Below, one piece after another: positions 63,281-64,000 of a DNA stretch of 64,000 nucleotides. The DNA is from Heteronotia binoei. Lineage: Eukaryota. Numbering within the stretch: position 1 is the stretch's first letter; every line of letters starts with the position of its first letter. The position numbers were made by a program, and so were the translations under genes. The notes beneath the pieces were generated by a model. The model had not been told where the DNA came from and did not search any database. It saw nothing but the letters and a program-made list of their open reading frames with translations. Location of the stretch: assembly GCF_032191835.1 (NCBI RefSeq), contig NC_083233.1, positions 31,682,001 to 31,746,000 on the forward strand. Reading direction: 5' to 3'.

Positions 63281-64000
63281 TACTTAACAGGAGTAAGTCT
63301 TAATAGTAAGCCAAAATGCCCTCAAAATGAGGTTGGGGAATTGTCAGGTGGGCACCTGGCTTAATAAGGATCTTTTATCTGTGTATACAGGATTCCATGT
63401 CCAGAAATTAATGCTTAAATCTACCAAGGACTCCAATTTAAGTAAAACAATTAAAATTTATTCTACAAAATATAGGCATACATACAAGGCAATGTGCTCA
63501 TGAAACATAAATAGAAAAATAGAAAGAGATATAGAAAATAGAGAGAAATATATAGAGACAACACATGAGTAGACAAACAGGATGATAATTACCGATCGTA
63601 GTCTTCAAGAAGGCTCCAATGGAGATGATAGAGGACGGGGGAAATGGACCCAAAACTGATCAGGAATCGGGGATGGATCTAGACAGCGGAACTAGGGTAC
63701 TGCTAGATGCACACATGAGTGGTGTTGGGTCACAGGTTATAAAGACTACCTTAGACCCTCAGGGGATGGGAGGTACAGGGATGGAAAAAGGGGAGGCTCT
63801 GCAGTGACCATAAGGGCTGGACTTCTGCAGTAGCCAATAGCAAGTTAATTGGTGGCACCTAATTGGGTGCCCATAACTGACCAATGAACAAGCTTGGGTC
63901 CTGATTACCAAGTTGGACCTTCAGGTAACAATGGACCAGGGTGGGGAAGCTCCAAGATGACCGTTGGGGAGAAGAATGGGGGAAATCACTGGGTGGAGGG

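Noticed and set aside
63560-64000. LTR-like sequence at the window end
   Set aside because: Truncated by the window edge; no PBS/PPT or second LTR is visible, so it cannot be classified.

Overview
Vertebrate genomic DNA, most consistent with a squamate reptile, probably a gecko. This is inferred from the repeat content: Squam3/MIR-type SINEs, squamate-type CR1 tails and L2. The window is repeat-rich intronic or intergenic sequence with one assembly gap (14101-14531). It has no confidently recognisable host protein-coding gene, no rRNA/tRNA gene and no CRISPR array. Main content: (i) a CR1 LINE (1-3476) interrupted by an antisense 5'-truncated L2 LINE (307-1760); (ii) a ~3 kb hAT/Blackjack-like TIR-bounded composite (13021-16018) holding a GC-rich double-hairpin minisatellite, a tandem array of CR1 3' ends and an ETS-CRE motif array; (iii) a near-intact 4.6 kb Gypsy LTR retrotransposon on the minus strand (39289-43920), with a tRNA-Ser(GCT) PBS, a clipped 3' LTR and a ~677 bp flanking direct duplication instead of a short TSD; (iv) L1-clade, L2 and CR1 fragments, many SINEs and MITEs, and Penelope-like element ends with hammerhead-ribozyme relics. 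Family names come from remembered consensus features, not database searches.
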